Source of the DNA: Asterionella formosa
Taxonomy: Eukaryota
Assembly (NCBI GenBank): GCA_002256025.1
Contig: NKIB01012926.1
Location: 1-64,000, forward strand
Length of the DNA stretch: 64,000 bases
Direction: 5' to 3'
In this document: positions 1-10,829 of the stretch, piece by piece
Layout of the letters: every line of letters starts with the position of its first letter
Numbering within the stretch: the stretch's first letter is position 1
Position numbers and translations under genes: made by a program
Notes under the pieces: generated by a model
What the model saw: only the letters and a program-made list of their open reading frames with translations
The model's database searches: none
What the model was told of the DNA's origin: nothing

Positions 1-424
1 CAGTCCAGCCGCTTGTACCTGTCGTCGCTCGCTTCTTGGAATGCAACAGCTCCAGGTCATATGACTCAATCCAGACTTCAAACACATTATCTTCCTCTCT
101 TGCATGAGTTATCACGCGGGTCTCAACAAACACTTGCTTCCCAAACTTTCCTGTCAGCGCTAGAGTAATCTTTTCTGCGATCTCCAGATCGGAATCGTCA
201 TCGGTACAAGCCATAACGACATGGCCACAAAACTGCTCTTCGAACTCCGGATCATGATCGTATTGATACTTAATTTCCTTGCCAAGCATCTCTCTGTCCT
301 CCCTTTCGTCTTCTGACAACTCATCGTCTTCTCCAATTCCATTTTCATGATCCATTTCCGTATTCCAGCGGCGAACATCCTCCAATGCATTTTGAATCAA
401 TGGTTTGTCTGGATGAAGCGGCAT
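1..424 (-). CDS. Acidic hypothetical protein, runs off the left edge of the window; 5' end possibly frameshifted or truncated
   Basis: Manual translation gives an uninterrupted frame from ATG 424: MPLHPDKPLIQNALEDVRRWNTEMDHENG...FGKQVFVETRVITHAREEDNVFEVWIESYDLELLHSKKR. It is not in the ORF track because it has no stop in the window. Coding-like sequence (EEQPWVDFDYNDIKDEDV) continues upstream in another frame. Confidence 0.55.
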   Translation of the reverse strand, partial: MPLHPDKPLIQNALEDVRRWNTEMDHENGIGEDDELSEDEREDREMLGKEIKYQYDHDPEFEEQFCGHVVMACTDDDSDLEIAEKITLALTGKFGKQVFVETRVITHAREEDNVFEVWIESYDLELLHSKKRATTGTSGWT

Positions 425-869
425 TTCAAAGCTATTTGAAAAGACACATCTTCATCTTTGATATCATTGTAGTCAAAGTCCACCCACGGCTGCTCTTCCG
501 ACAGAGAATCCGCGTTCTTCTCTAGGCATGTCGTTGATCATGCAATCAATGGGATCAAAGTTGTTGACAACAAGAGAGCAGCATCGCTCAAATTGCGGGA
601 AAAACTAACTAATTCCCAAATAGGAATGACAATATTTCATTTATAAAAGTAGTCTAATAGAAAAATTTTACTTTTTTTATAATGGTTTTGTCATCCTACG
701 TCACAGTAGATGGGTGGTTGACAGCATTTAGGATTTCCCAAAAACCGATAGCATCGTTTTTTCGTCAGTTGACCAAAACCAAAACCAATCCCAAAAAAGT
801 TTTTGGGTTTTGCTTTGGGTAAACGGTTATCGAAATAAAAAGGCCGTGCATATCGTATGATACATACAA

Positions 870-2334
870 TTTTAACAAATGATCACATGGAACCTTCGCC
901 ATATCTGTACTTATTTTGAAAAATCGGATATTGAAACACCCCTCGAGCACAACACTGTGAGATAGGGCAGCTCGCATGACACTTCCTGGCATTAACAGTC
1001 TGGGTTTAGAAAATTCTAACCCTCCTGATATCAACATATCATACGTATTGACTTCTGGCGCAGTCAAGCGGAGATGGTGGTTGTGGGAACACCTTGTCAA
1101 CCCTGAGTGCAGAATGGTGCTGTGTGGTACAGAAGTTGCTTGAGTGTGTCAATTCTTCACCTTGTCATATGACCTTTAAAGTGCAATCTTAGTTTGTGCT
1201 TTTAGTGGCAAAGGATTTGACCACATTAAAAAAATCTGGTATTCCACTGTGCCCGCTTTGCAGATGTTGGAGCTGGTCTCATTATGTTTGCTGTTTTCTT
1301 TCCTTTCTGGATAGAATTCAACTCTTGTCCTTTCTGTGGTAAGTTAATACCCTAACTCTGATTAATGCTTAATGTTGTGAGGTCTACTTGTGCGCCTTGT
1401 GACGCCTTGATGATCTCCTCCATGTCATCATCTATTGTTCCTGTATCTAATTTCTTTCCTCTTGTTGTCAACATGTTTGTTGTTGTTGATTGTGAAGTTG
1501 ATGGCAGGAGTCAAGAATCCAACTGTCAAATCCTGGAAAAATGGAGAATGACCCAAAATATTGAGATTGTTGTAAGCATCTGGCATTCCAAACCATGCAT
1601 GCCAGAACCAAAGTCTGCAATCAACAGCAGCTTCCAAAGCAACAGTAGCCACTCCATCTTTTCCTTAAAATGCTCCTCTTTGTGCCTTGGCACATTTCTT
1701 CCATTGCCACAACTGCATCAGCCATGTCCAATGAACCAAGAAGTCCTGGCCAGCACCAACCCTTTGCTTCATGGAGATGTATAGTATCCATATCCATGCT
1801 GTCTGTTGTAGGAGCTCGCAAATATTCTGTGCCATAATTGCTGATTATTAAATTACAAAACTTTTTTAGGTTGTGGAGTGTGGTAGCTAGATTTAGCCAT
1901 TCTAGAAGGGTCATCCAGCTGAAGTTCTGTAAGCCAATGACGTTAACTTTTGATGTGACGAAAACGCGACCAGACCCAAGGCATCCTTCCTCTGTTGAAA
2001 GAATGGATCAGTTTCAACCAAATCTTCAAGAATCATTTCAAAAAAGTTACGACGCATTTGGAAGCGCCGCCTGAAATGTGCAGGAGAGTAGATTGGATTG
2101 TCTACTGAAGCAAGTAGTCATCTTCAACGGCTTGTCATAATCTGCGCGAAAACGATTCTCATTAGTAGCCTTGCCAACCTTGGAACCTCCTCCCCTATGA
2201 CTTTGTCTTTTCTTTGCATTTTTCTCAATTTTCTGTTGACAATGTATCTTGCGGAACTGGTGAAGGCAATCATCATCTGATGAGTTGCTATTGTTGCTCA
2301 TTGTTTCATTTTTGTATGTATGGCTATGTAGCAC
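870..2334 (-). pseudogene. PIF/Harbinger-like (Plant_tran family) DDE transposase, fragmented
   Basis: Motifs spread over several frames: RGGGSKVGKATNENR, YSPAHFRRRFQMRRNFFEMIL, YGTEYLRAPT, WPGLLGSLD, LEAAVDCRLWFWHAWFGMPDAYNNLNILGHSPFF, SGIPDFFNVVKSF. Many frameshifts; element ends not resolved. Confidence 0.8.
1265..1473. mobile_element. Possible solo-LTR-like insertion inside the Harbinger transposase
   Basis: 209 bp bounded by TGTTG...CAACA. It interrupts the transposase between INFTINNNKH and the GIPDF motif. No matching TSD (gcaga vs tgttt). Confidence 0.35.
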
Positions 2335-3147
2335 CCATCGCTATTTCAACGATACACATATAAAGACAATGGAATTCTATTTCTATTTGCTAAAATTTTG
2401 GGTGCGAGATTTAACTATTTTAGGATTTGGTCGATGTGGCGAAAAATATGAACATCTCGACTATTGATAAAAAATTCTTGACCAAGTGACCTGTATTGAT
2501 ATTTTCAACTGCAATTGGCTTTGGTATTTGGTCGATGCGGTGGAGATGCTCTTACTAGTGAGGACGTGATTTGGCGCAAGATCAAGGCCTTGGCATTTGC
2601 TGAGAAGTTTGTTTTGATTGATCATCCAGAAAGTCCTTTTGTTGAAGCATTTGTGAAGGAATCACTAGTGTCATTTGAGAATCCACCTTCAACATAGTTG
2701 ATCTTTTTCTAGCTCATGTAGCTATGGGCAATATTTTACAGCATACTACACCTTAATATTATTTCCTTTGTGAGTGACAATCAGTGATGTTCACCCTTTA
2801 AATTATATAGTTTTATATTGTTCTCCACACAAAAAAGAGATTAAAATTTTCATATTCACAATTGCTATGCTAAAAGAGGGGTGTATCTAAAAACGAGAAA
2901 ATTGAGGTGATTACACAAATTAAGTAGTGGTTTGGTGCGGTGCCAGGACCATAGCTAGTTTGGCAAAAAAGTTGGGTTGTCAATAAATTCCGACATTTAC
3001 AGAAGTTAGGATTACCTTTTCAATTATGGAGCGTGAACTAGATGAAGTGTGGTATTTTAATACCATTCCGTGCACGAATCAAGAAGAAAAAATCCCAAAA
3101 CGTTTCCTTCAATAGAAAACCGAATACTTTCATGTTAATAATGGATT

Positions 3148-4020
3148 TCAAAATCCTCGTCTCATAGCTTTGGATGGCACACGTCGTTTCTTCTTCTTTC
3201 CTGCTTCACTTTTTTCTTGTTGCATTTTTTTAAATTTTCGTTTGGCATAATCTGCTGTAGTTGGGTCTGCCATAATTTCTGCCGTCAGCGTCGTGCGTCT
3301 GTCTTTCTTGGCCAATCGAGCGGAATAAAATTCAGCTGCACCTTCAATAACTGTACCAACTTGCAATACCTTTTGACCAACACGGTCACTCGATTTATAA
3401 AATCGTTTAGGATCCAAATAGGTACGATGACGAATCATAGCAAGATCCATTTTGATGGAATCTGTCATGAGTGTGGGTTGCATATGAAACCACCCAGCTC
3501 CAGCCGAAGTGGTGGTAGCCTGTTGAGTAGTGCCGTGTTTGAACGACCCAACTGGGGTTGTGACATCGGAATTTTGGTGATTGTTCCCATTCCTACTACG
3601 GACACCAATAACAAAATCTTTGGTAGACTTGTCGGTCCGTTCGGCTTGTTTTCTCAAAGCACTCAAGGAAGATATCATAGTTGACGGCTTGGGATAGTCA
3701 AGTTTCATTGGTGCGATATATCCTGGAATCAAAACAGTTAGAGAATTTCCAACTTGTTGTAAATGTCCCTGGTCGCCTTGAATTTTTTTGAAAACAACAT
3801 TTGGTTTCGCTTCTGTCGGCGGATCAGTATTAAATGATTCGTCGTCGCTGTCGATTTCGGTGTCGGGGACAGATTCGTCAATGCGTGATGATTCTATCGG
3901 TTGCAGGTTCTTCTGTTTCGTTGTTTTCTCGGTAGCAATCGCAACAGCGAGCGCTTCTTCTGTTTCAGACTCTGATTCCCGACATTGTCGTCTTGTAAGT
4001 ACCATAATGACGGTTGTCAC
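3148..4020 (-). CDS. FCF2: Fcf2 / DNTTIP2-like pre-rRNA processing protein
   Basis: 290-aa ORF with the C-terminal Fcf2 signature GWFHM..DLAMIRHRTYLDPKRFYK..LQVGTVIEGAAEFYSARLAKKDRRTTLTAEIMAD and a basic tail. Confidence 0.88.
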   Translation of the reverse strand: MTTVIMVLTRRQCRESESETEEALAVAIATEKTTKQKNLQPIESSRIDESVPDTEIDSDDESFNTDPPTEAKPNVVFKKIQGDQGHLQQVGNSLTVLIPGYIAPMKLDYPKPSTMISSLSALRKQAERTDKSTKDFVIGVRSRNGNNHQNSDVTTPVGSFKHGTTQQATTTSAGAGWFHMQPTLMTDSIKMDLAMIRHRTYLDPKRFYKSSDRVGQKVLQVGTVIEGAAEFYSARLAKKDRRTTLTAEIMADPTTADYAKRKFKKMQQEKSEAGKKKKRRVPSKAMRRGF

Positions 4021-4132
4021 TCAACACCAAAAAGTGAAATAACACCGACCAGAATCGGTCTGCATAAAAATGTGAATGAACATTTCTTCTGTGGACGTGG
4101 ACCAGCAGGTATCATGTGGACTTCATATTACG

Positions 4133-4778
4133 TATGTACCGGTATTCTCGAACAATTACCGTATGGCCGTACGTAAGTATAGGCAAGAAGGAATACCGGT
4201 ATGTATATACAATACTAAAACTTCAGCTATTTTTATCCTATATTAAATTGTTTATTTAAGCCAAATGACCGCAACTTGCAGGTACCTGGTGTACTATTTG
4301 CGAAGCCCCAACGTACCAGTCTTAGTGTGAACGAGAATTTGGGGGAATTATTTTGGGTGGTCAATATGATGTCCGCAGGATCCACTTATGGTGGACAGAC
4401 GTAGCCTTCTGTCATTCACACAGTACCTGGTACCAGGTACGAGGTAATGCTCTGGTCTGCTGGCCTTCTAGAAAAATCCAACCGACTAGCTCGACCGCAT
4501 GAGGCGCGGTGGTCGTGACGACTATGTAGCATTCTTTGCTGTTGTTTCGTGGCTGTGGCCTCGTGGTTCGACCAGGTCCCAGTTACAAGGTACTGTACCT
4601 GGTACCAGGTACCACAGGTACCGAGGAGTACTAATCATGCATACTATCTCCTCCTGTGTATCGTACCAGTACATAGCTACATACCATTTGACGTATGCTG
4701 ACCTCAATCACGTGAACAAAGTACCAGTACCTGGTACCTGGTAGTCAACCTGGTACCAGGTACGAGGTACCAGGTAGT
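4133..4778. repeat. Cluster of GTAC-centred palindromic repeats in the divergent Fcf2 / F-box gap
   Basis: Perfect 18-bp palindrome GTACCTGGTACCAGGTAC at 4423-4440 and 4595-4612, a chained GTACCAG/CTGGTAC run at 4721-4778, and TACCGGTA near 4137 and 4194. Confidence 0.9.
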
Positions 4779-5068
4779 ATGCATTTACGAGTGTTACTCA
4801 TTGCTCGTTGCTGTAGCTACACGCACTCGTAAATTATGATTGTATTTCTATGCATCACATGGAACAAGTGGTTTCTATCGGACGAACAAGACGATGAATT
4901 CCAATTGTTCTCACTTTTTTCCTTTCTTCCAAACATGCACGCAAGTTGAGCTTGCCCCGCCCCTTTTGACATTCCTCCACTCACACCAATACTCTTTACC
5001 CTTCCGCATTCGTCACTCCCGCAATCGAGAGCGGAAACCAAGCGCACGATACAACGAGGTTAATCATT

Positions 5069-6493
5069 ATGACTCGGCCATGGAAGCGACCACGCCGATC
5101 GCTGCGCATCGCGGCACTTCGAGCGTCACATGAAAACCCATCGCCGATTTCGACCCTCCCCACCGAGCTGCTGGCCAACATTCTCAGCTTCAATGCCCCA
5201 AAGTCGGAATCTTACTATCGCTGGACTTGGATGGATCGCATGTCCAAAGTTTGTCTGCACTGGAGCGCCGTGGCTGACTTGTTCTTCAAGCCGCAACATT
5301 TGTACTTAGATTTTATCTACTACCATGATCTAGAAAAAGAACACTTGTTGTACGAGTTCGCGACACATGAGCAGATAGATGAGTTGTCTATCGAAGACCG
5401 CGTTCCGTTTCTGGAATCATTTCTCACAGAGTCGTCCAAATCGGCCGGGGTGGAGTTCATCATGCTGAACAACGGTATGCCCTATGACATTGGGGCCGTG
5501 GAGAACGTGGCCGTACAAGCACTGGTACGTCGTATATTTTGCACACCTGGGGTGTTCAGTGACCTTTCCAAGCTAGCAATTCTATGCATTGATCATTTGT
5601 CTTCCGAAACTATTGCCTTTCCGTGGATTGACTCTGGAACCACGTTGAAACGAATCGCTATGGCACACCCAAAGTTAGACTACATCTATTTAGATGGATG
5701 CTTTCCATGGGCGCTCAAAATTAGTCCCATGCAATGGAAATTCGTATGTTCGCACTTGGACTTGGATACTTTGATACTTGGTGGGGCTACGTTTTTGACA
5801 GACGCTCATTTAGAGGCTTGTGCCGAGCACTTGGAGAAGCTGAACTTTTTGTGTTTGGATTCATGTGGGACCCGCAGACCTAATGGTAGATTCCATATTA
5901 CCGATTCGGGGCTCATATCGCTATCCAAGCATTGCACCAGTTTGAAGCATTTGGCATTGAAAACCATGCACAACATCACAGAAAATGGACTAGAAGCTTT
6001 GCTTCGTGCCAACCCAAACATAACAGGCCTTGATTTGGAGTCCAGTCACAGCATGAGCATTCAAGCAAGCACGATCATTCGAAAATATGCACAGAAATTA
6101 ACACACATCAAGGTCCTGCACAGCGATTGGTTTACAGATGAAGCCTTGAATGAATTGGTGGTGGGCGACATCCAACGACAAACGAAGTTGACAGGTACTA
6201 GCGATCTAGTTCTCTTAAACATTCGCGGAACTCAAGTATCACCATCTGGACTTCGGCAAGTATTGGCCTCTAATGTGCTCAAATCGATCGCTGCCATTGA
6301 TATAGGATACAGCAGTGAGGACTTGAGGGATGCTACCTTGATGAGACCCGGATTGAAATACGCTATCTTGGCACAATTGGTAGATGCCGAAGATTTGGAT
6401 GTCATCCGGTCGACCGTGGAGGCCCGCAAGGCTGAGTGGTTGTGTCTTTCACAAGATTACGGAATCGAATTTTCCACCAAGGCCGGACAGTAG
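5069..6493 (+). CDS. F-box / leucine-rich repeat protein
   Basis: F-box ISTLPTELLANILSF...VCLHWSAVA, followed by AMN1/RNI-type LRRs (ITDSGLISLSKHCTSLKHLALKTMHNITENGLEALLRANPNITGLDL). Confidence 0.85.
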   Translation: MTRPWKRPRRSLRIAALRASHENPSPISTLPTELLANILSFNAPKSESYYRWTWMDRMSKVCLHWSAVADLFFKPQHLYLDFIYYHDLEKEHLLYEFATHEQIDELSIEDRVPFLESFLTESSKSAGVEFIMLNNGMPYDIGAVENVAVQALVRRIFCTPGVFSDLSKLAILCIDHLSSETIAFPWIDSGTTLKRIAMAHPKLDYIYLDGCFPWALKISPMQWKFVCSHLDLDTLILGGATFLTDAHLEACAEHLEKLNFLCLDSCGTRRPNGRFHITDSGLISLSKHCTSLKHLALKTMHNITENGLEALLRANPNITGLDLESSHSMSIQASTIIRKYAQKLTHIKVLHSDWFTDEALNELVVGDIQRQTKLTGTSDLVLLNIRGTQVSPSGLRQVLASNVLKSIAAIDIGYSSEDLRDATLMRPGLKYAILAQLVDAEDLDVIRSTVEARKAEWLCLSQDYGIEFSTKAGQ

Positions 6494-7117
6494 TAGGTAC
6501 ATTATTGGGATTCTAACAAAGTGCAAACATTTGGGTGGTTGGATGACATTTTATTTGGGGAATATAGTCATCAAAGAGATGGCACTGATTCATTTATTGA
6601 AATTTCATAGTTCAACTCATTAAAAGAGATTAGCTAGACATCATTTGCTGGTTTCAATTCGTCCCAGGAATATCGAGGGAAGTTCCATTTGCTGAATTCG
6701 ATTGTTCTCGTGGACATTTATTCTAGCAATGGCAAGTTAGCCGAAGAAAATCTCACGAAGACTCACAAATAAAAAAACACTCTAGACTTCAATGAGATTT
6801 CACACGAAGAAATTATATCGGAATGGGGCCCAAAACCCAGTTTGGTTGTGAATGGATTGAAGACAAATTTTCTTCGTGTCCAATCAACTGGAAATATGGA
6901 CCATTCTTGATGAGTAAATTGGATTCCACGTATAATTAAAAATGTATTTTGTGCTTTGATGTGTACACAAGGAAATTTTTTATAAATCGTTATAATTTAC
7001 ATCCATATAGCAATTAAAGTACATGATTCAACGCAACTCAGAATGAGTTTCGCATGCTCACTTAATCTATTGTAAGAGAGAATTACTAACCAATAATTGA
7101 AGAAAAAGGAAAACCCA

Positions 7118-8653
7118 CTAATCATCTATAGGTCGTCCTGTCTTGAGCCAGGTGTCAAATTGTGATGAAAATTTTAGCCTTGTGCTAGATTCATCTTTGA
7201 CAGTTTGATATTCCTGAAGATCAAATTGCAAATGTTGACAAAAGTCATGGTCTGTAGCTCCTGCCAAGACGTGAAGAGGTGGCGGGGGTAGCGAGGAGGA
7301 CGACGATGAATTTTGAATGTAATAATGCCATCGAGGCAATAATCGTTGAAATAAGGATGCCGCAATGTATCGACCTCGAATCGCAGTTGCGCCCGGTTTT
7401 ATGTTCCAATCGGGCGTCAAGTTTGTATATAAAGTTGTGTTGAAAAAGTGTAACGTTGGTTGAATGTTTCCCTCCAACGAAAGTGTTAAAATTTCAGGAA
7501 ATTCGTATAAAAAGGACATTGTACGATTCGTTCCTCCCCATATTTTCTGGAAAAACTCCACCTTGGGACAGATATTTTCTCCTAAACTCAAGGAATATAC
7601 AACAGGACATTTGATTAAAATTCGCAAAGCCATGGACTCATCCATAATGGTAGTGAAGTAATCCACCTTTTGTTGTAAATTATTCATGGACAATCCCAGC
7701 AATGGAGCATGTGCCATTACTGTCTTCTTCAATACCTGGTTATCATTTTTTAATAGTTTCCTCAAGTAATCCAAGGTAGGTTTCAAATTTTCTTTTACAG
7801 AAAGTCCTAAAATAGCACCACTGCTCTTTTGTATCAATAACGCAACTTCAATATCATCAAGTTCACACTGTTGTTTCAAAAACTCAATACGTGGTTGTAG
7901 ATTGGATGGCACACTTAAATTGACCAAATGAGGATGCGCCACAACTATTTTTTTCAAATACTTGATTGGGTCCAAACCGCCCTGATGCAAGAGAAATGCC
8001 ACATACGCACAAAAGACTTGTACCTTCTGGACCGGCAGAGAAAACAAAAAGGGAGACGCACGCTGGAGAGTTGCTATTGAATAATGTGGAATCTTCCATT
8101 GGTCATGCAAATAATTTTCCAACTCATGAGATTCTCGATCCCATCCAATGCCAGAAGTCAACAAGAGGGATGGATTTCTTGCAATGGCATCTTGAAACAC
8201 AGTGGGTCCATATAATGTACGTAAGAAGGAGGCGATGGGTCGCAACTTGAAGGTAGGATGCTTTCGTAAGATGCGAGGCGATTCCTGAAGAATTCTTCGA
8301 GTGATTTCTTGGCAAAAATAGTCGTCGAGAAATTCCAACACTAATTGGACTTGACCTAGGGACAGAGATTTGGTTTGATAAAGGTAGTTGCGAGTTTTGG
8401 TCCAGTTGTCGTCGCCCTCTTGGTTGCCATATCGTGCCTCTATAAATTGAATGATATCCTTGGGGGAAGATTTGGGAGGCACCTCATGCGTTTGATATGC
8501 TAGAAGATCCTGACGTTCTTGGAATAGGGTGGAGAACCGATGAAAATGACGATGACTCCGAGCCACTGGAGCAAGAATGAATGTGTCCGAACTCCTGAGT
8601 GCTGTCGTCAAAAGGAGCAAGCAAGCATCGCGCTTGATACAAGTCGCCTTCAT
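7118..8653 (-). CDS. mTERF-family protein, probably plastid-targeted
   Basis: Repeated mTERF motifs (HPHLVNLSVPSNLQPRIEFL, ILGLSVKENLKPTLDYL, PVVYSLSLGENICPKVEFF, PEILTLSLEGNIQPTLHFF). The N-terminus is hydrophobic and ends SSDT-FIL, like a bipartite presequence. Confidence 0.85.
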   Translation of the reverse strand: MKATCIKRDACLLLLTTALRSSDTFILAPVARSHRHFHRFSTLFQERQDLLAYQTHEVPPKSSPKDIIQFIEARYGNQEGDDNWTKTRNYLYQTKSLSLGQVQLVLEFLDDYFCQEITRRILQESPRILRKHPTFKLRPIASFLRTLYGPTVFQDAIARNPSLLLTSGIGWDRESHELENYLHDQWKIPHYSIATLQRASPFLFSLPVQKVQVFCAYVAFLLHQGGLDPIKYLKKIVVAHPHLVNLSVPSNLQPRIEFLKQQCELDDIEVALLIQKSSGAILGLSVKENLKPTLDYLRKLLKNDNQVLKKTVMAHAPLLGLSMNNLQQKVDYFTTIMDESMALRILIKCPVVYSLSLGENICPKVEFFQKIWGGTNRTMSFLYEFPEILTLSLEGNIQPTLHFFNTTLYTNLTPDWNIKPGATAIRGRYIAASLFQRLLPRWHYYIQNSSSSSSLPPPPLHVLAGATDHDFCQHLQFDLQEYQTVKDESSTRLKFSSQFDTWLKTGRPIDD

Positions 8654-8767
8654 CTATAGCTAGAAGTGAAATTGTATGCTTCTTCTCTGCTGATACACTA
8701 CATCAATCGGTCGAAGAAATTCGTCGTGGCGTTGCCATAGAATTGTCGCTCTGTTATATTGGATACA

Positions 8768-8835
8768 ATACCTGGTACCTGGTAGGCTGCCAGCAGGAGA
8801 CTGGAAAGTACCGGTACCTGGTACCAGTACCAGGC
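8768..8835. repeat. GTAC-centred palindromic repeat cluster in the divergent mTERF / amine oxidase gap
   Basis: atacctggtacctggtagg and gtaccggtacctggtaccagtaccagg. Confidence 0.85.
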
Positions 8836-9096
8836 TACGATCGAGGATTATCATCTTGAAGTTCAGTTGGGCAACTACCGCTGCGGCATTTCTACATACT
8901 TACTATAGAGGTCCTCATTATACGGGTGTGCCCCCGCATATTAATAATTACTACAGGTAGGTCCCGGTTGTTATATTAACTACCGGTACGTTGTTTAGTA
9001 CTAAAAAGATGAACAGATATTCGTGTACGGTAGTAAGGAGTTGTTCCATACGAAGAAGAAATTAAATTTATAAGAACCCCAAATATTTTGTGTACC

Positions 9097-10551
9097 ATGA
9101 CGAAACTCACAAACACAAAAATTATCATCACCATGGTCGAACAACAACAACAACACATACCACCATTGGTGAATACCTATAATGTGGTGATTGTTGGCGG
9201 AGGTCTTTCTGGACTGCAGGCATGTCACGAAATCCTCCTCAACAGACCAAATTGTCGTGTTGCCGTAGTTGAAGCTAGAGATCGATTGGGTGGTCGGGTT
9301 GAAACATTGGATAATGGTTTGGATGTTGGAGCACAATGGATTGGTCCAAGTCATTTTGAGCTATTGAAATGGATCCATTCATCGTCATTACAGCTAATAG
9401 ACCAACTGTATCCACAACAACAGCAACAGCGTTTAACAGAATGCGTTGGATTTCAACAAATGTCATTGCACAGCAGAGATCAAGAGTTGGTACAAGAATA
9501 TATGACTCTGATGAAAAATTTATGTTCTGAAATTGATTTAGAAGCACCTTGGAATCATGCCAGTGCGGAATTATATGATACGATGAGTGCCAAGGATCAC
9601 GTCGTTTTGTCAATCCCATCGTCGACTGCGGCACAACAGGAGATTATGTTATTTTATCAGACGTTATTGGCTTGTCGAGTGGAAAACATTAGTTTTCTAT
9701 TCTTACTTTTTTATATTCAAAGTGGTGGAGGTATGGCATCCTTGGGAGATGGCGAAGATGGATTACAAAAATGGAAGTTGCGGGGCGGTATGATTCAAGT
9801 CGTACACTCTATAAAACAGGACTTGTTAACACGTGGAGCAACAATTCAGACCAACAGTCCTGTCGAAACAGTGCTAGACATGGGACAATACGGCATTGGA
9901 TTGGGCATTCGAGGAGGTGGTATGATTCGGTGTGATCGTGTAGTCTTTGCACTATCCCCCCAGCTTATTGCTAAGTTGACGTTCACTCCTGAGCTCCCAG
10001 AGGACAGACTCGACCTTGGTTGTGCCTTTATTCCTGGAAAGACAATCAAGATCATTATATCATTTGATCATCCCTTTTGGCTCTGTGATGACCAGAAGGA
10101 GGTCAGTGATCTGGCCATGGAAGCCTTTATAAATGGTCCTATACATAATCTATTTCATTCTAATGCAGGTGCTGACAGCAAACCCGCATTGGTAGGTCTC
10201 ATTACTGGTGCTGCAGCAGAAGCTTGTGAGAGTTTATCCGACCAAGAGCTTCAGGATAGTATCTTACAGCAATTGCAGGTCATGTATCAGTTGGCAGGCA
10301 GCAAGACTTTGTTGACACCTACCACGTTTGTGGCCAAACGGTGGGGACTAGAGCAGTTTTCTGGAGGTTGCTTTGCAGGAGTGTGTCCACCCAATGGATC
10401 TCTTGTTCGTTTGGGTCACCTCCTCCGGGCACCACAAGGAAGATTTCATTGGGCCTCCACCGAGACAGCAACCAAGTTTTATGGGTATATGGAAGGTGCC
10501 CTCTTGGCAGGGAAGCGTGCCGCCGACGAAGTGGTGGCATACTACCCTTAG
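9097..10551 (+). CDS. Flavin-containing amine oxidase (monoamine-oxidase-like)
   Basis: Rossmann motif VVIVGGGLSGL, EARDRLGGR, LDVGAQWIG, SGGCF and C-terminal HWASTETA..GYMEGALLAGKRAA. Start is ATG 9097 or 9133. Confidence 0.9.
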   Translation: MTKLTNTKIIITMVEQQQQHIPPLVNTYNVVIVGGGLSGLQACHEILLNRPNCRVAVVEARDRLGGRVETLDNGLDVGAQWIGPSHFELLKWIHSSSLQLIDQLYPQQQQQRLTECVGFQQMSLHSRDQELVQEYMTLMKNLCSEIDLEAPWNHASAELYDTMSAKDHVVLSIPSSTAAQQEIMLFYQTLLACRVENISFLFLLFYIQSGGGMASLGDGEDGLQKWKLRGGMIQVVHSIKQDLLTRGATIQTNSPVETVLDMGQYGIGLGIRGGGMIRCDRVVFALSPQLIAKLTFTPELPEDRLDLGCAFIPGKTIKIIISFDHPFWLCDDQKEVSDLAMEAFINGPIHNLFHSNAGADSKPALVGLITGAAAEACESLSDQELQDSILQQLQVMYQLAGSKTLLTPTTFVAKRWGLEQFSGGCFAGVCPPNGSLVRLGHLLRAPQGRFHWASTETATKFYGYMEGALLAGKRAADEVVAYYP

Positions 10552-10568
10552 TAGTAAAATGATTTATA

Positions 10569-10720
10569 ACCTGGTAGCGCTGCATGGTACCAGGTAGTAC
10601 CAGTACCATGTAGCAGAAAAAATATTTCATTATTCTACCGGTAGTCTAAAAGTCTGGTATAATTTTGTATTGTTGCACCAACTAACAATCGAGACTTCCG
10701 GTACGAGGTACCTGGTACGG
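10569..10720. repeat. GTAC-centred repeat cluster upstream of the PTEN-like gene
   Basis: ggtaccaggtagtaccagtacc, ctaccggtag, ccggtacgaggtacctggtacgg. Confidence 0.8.
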
Positions 10721-10829
10721 TATATAGACCATGATATTTACCTGCAAGAGGAACATCGTTAAGCGAATCTGTCAGTTTATTTTTATATGGAACGTACATT
10801 GATTCAGCAGCAAAAGTCTTTTGACCACC

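Noticed and set aside
4423..4778. CRISPR array or REP/BIME reading of the palindromic repeats
   Set aside because: There is no constant repeat-spacer period, no cas genes, and the context is eukaryotic with introns.
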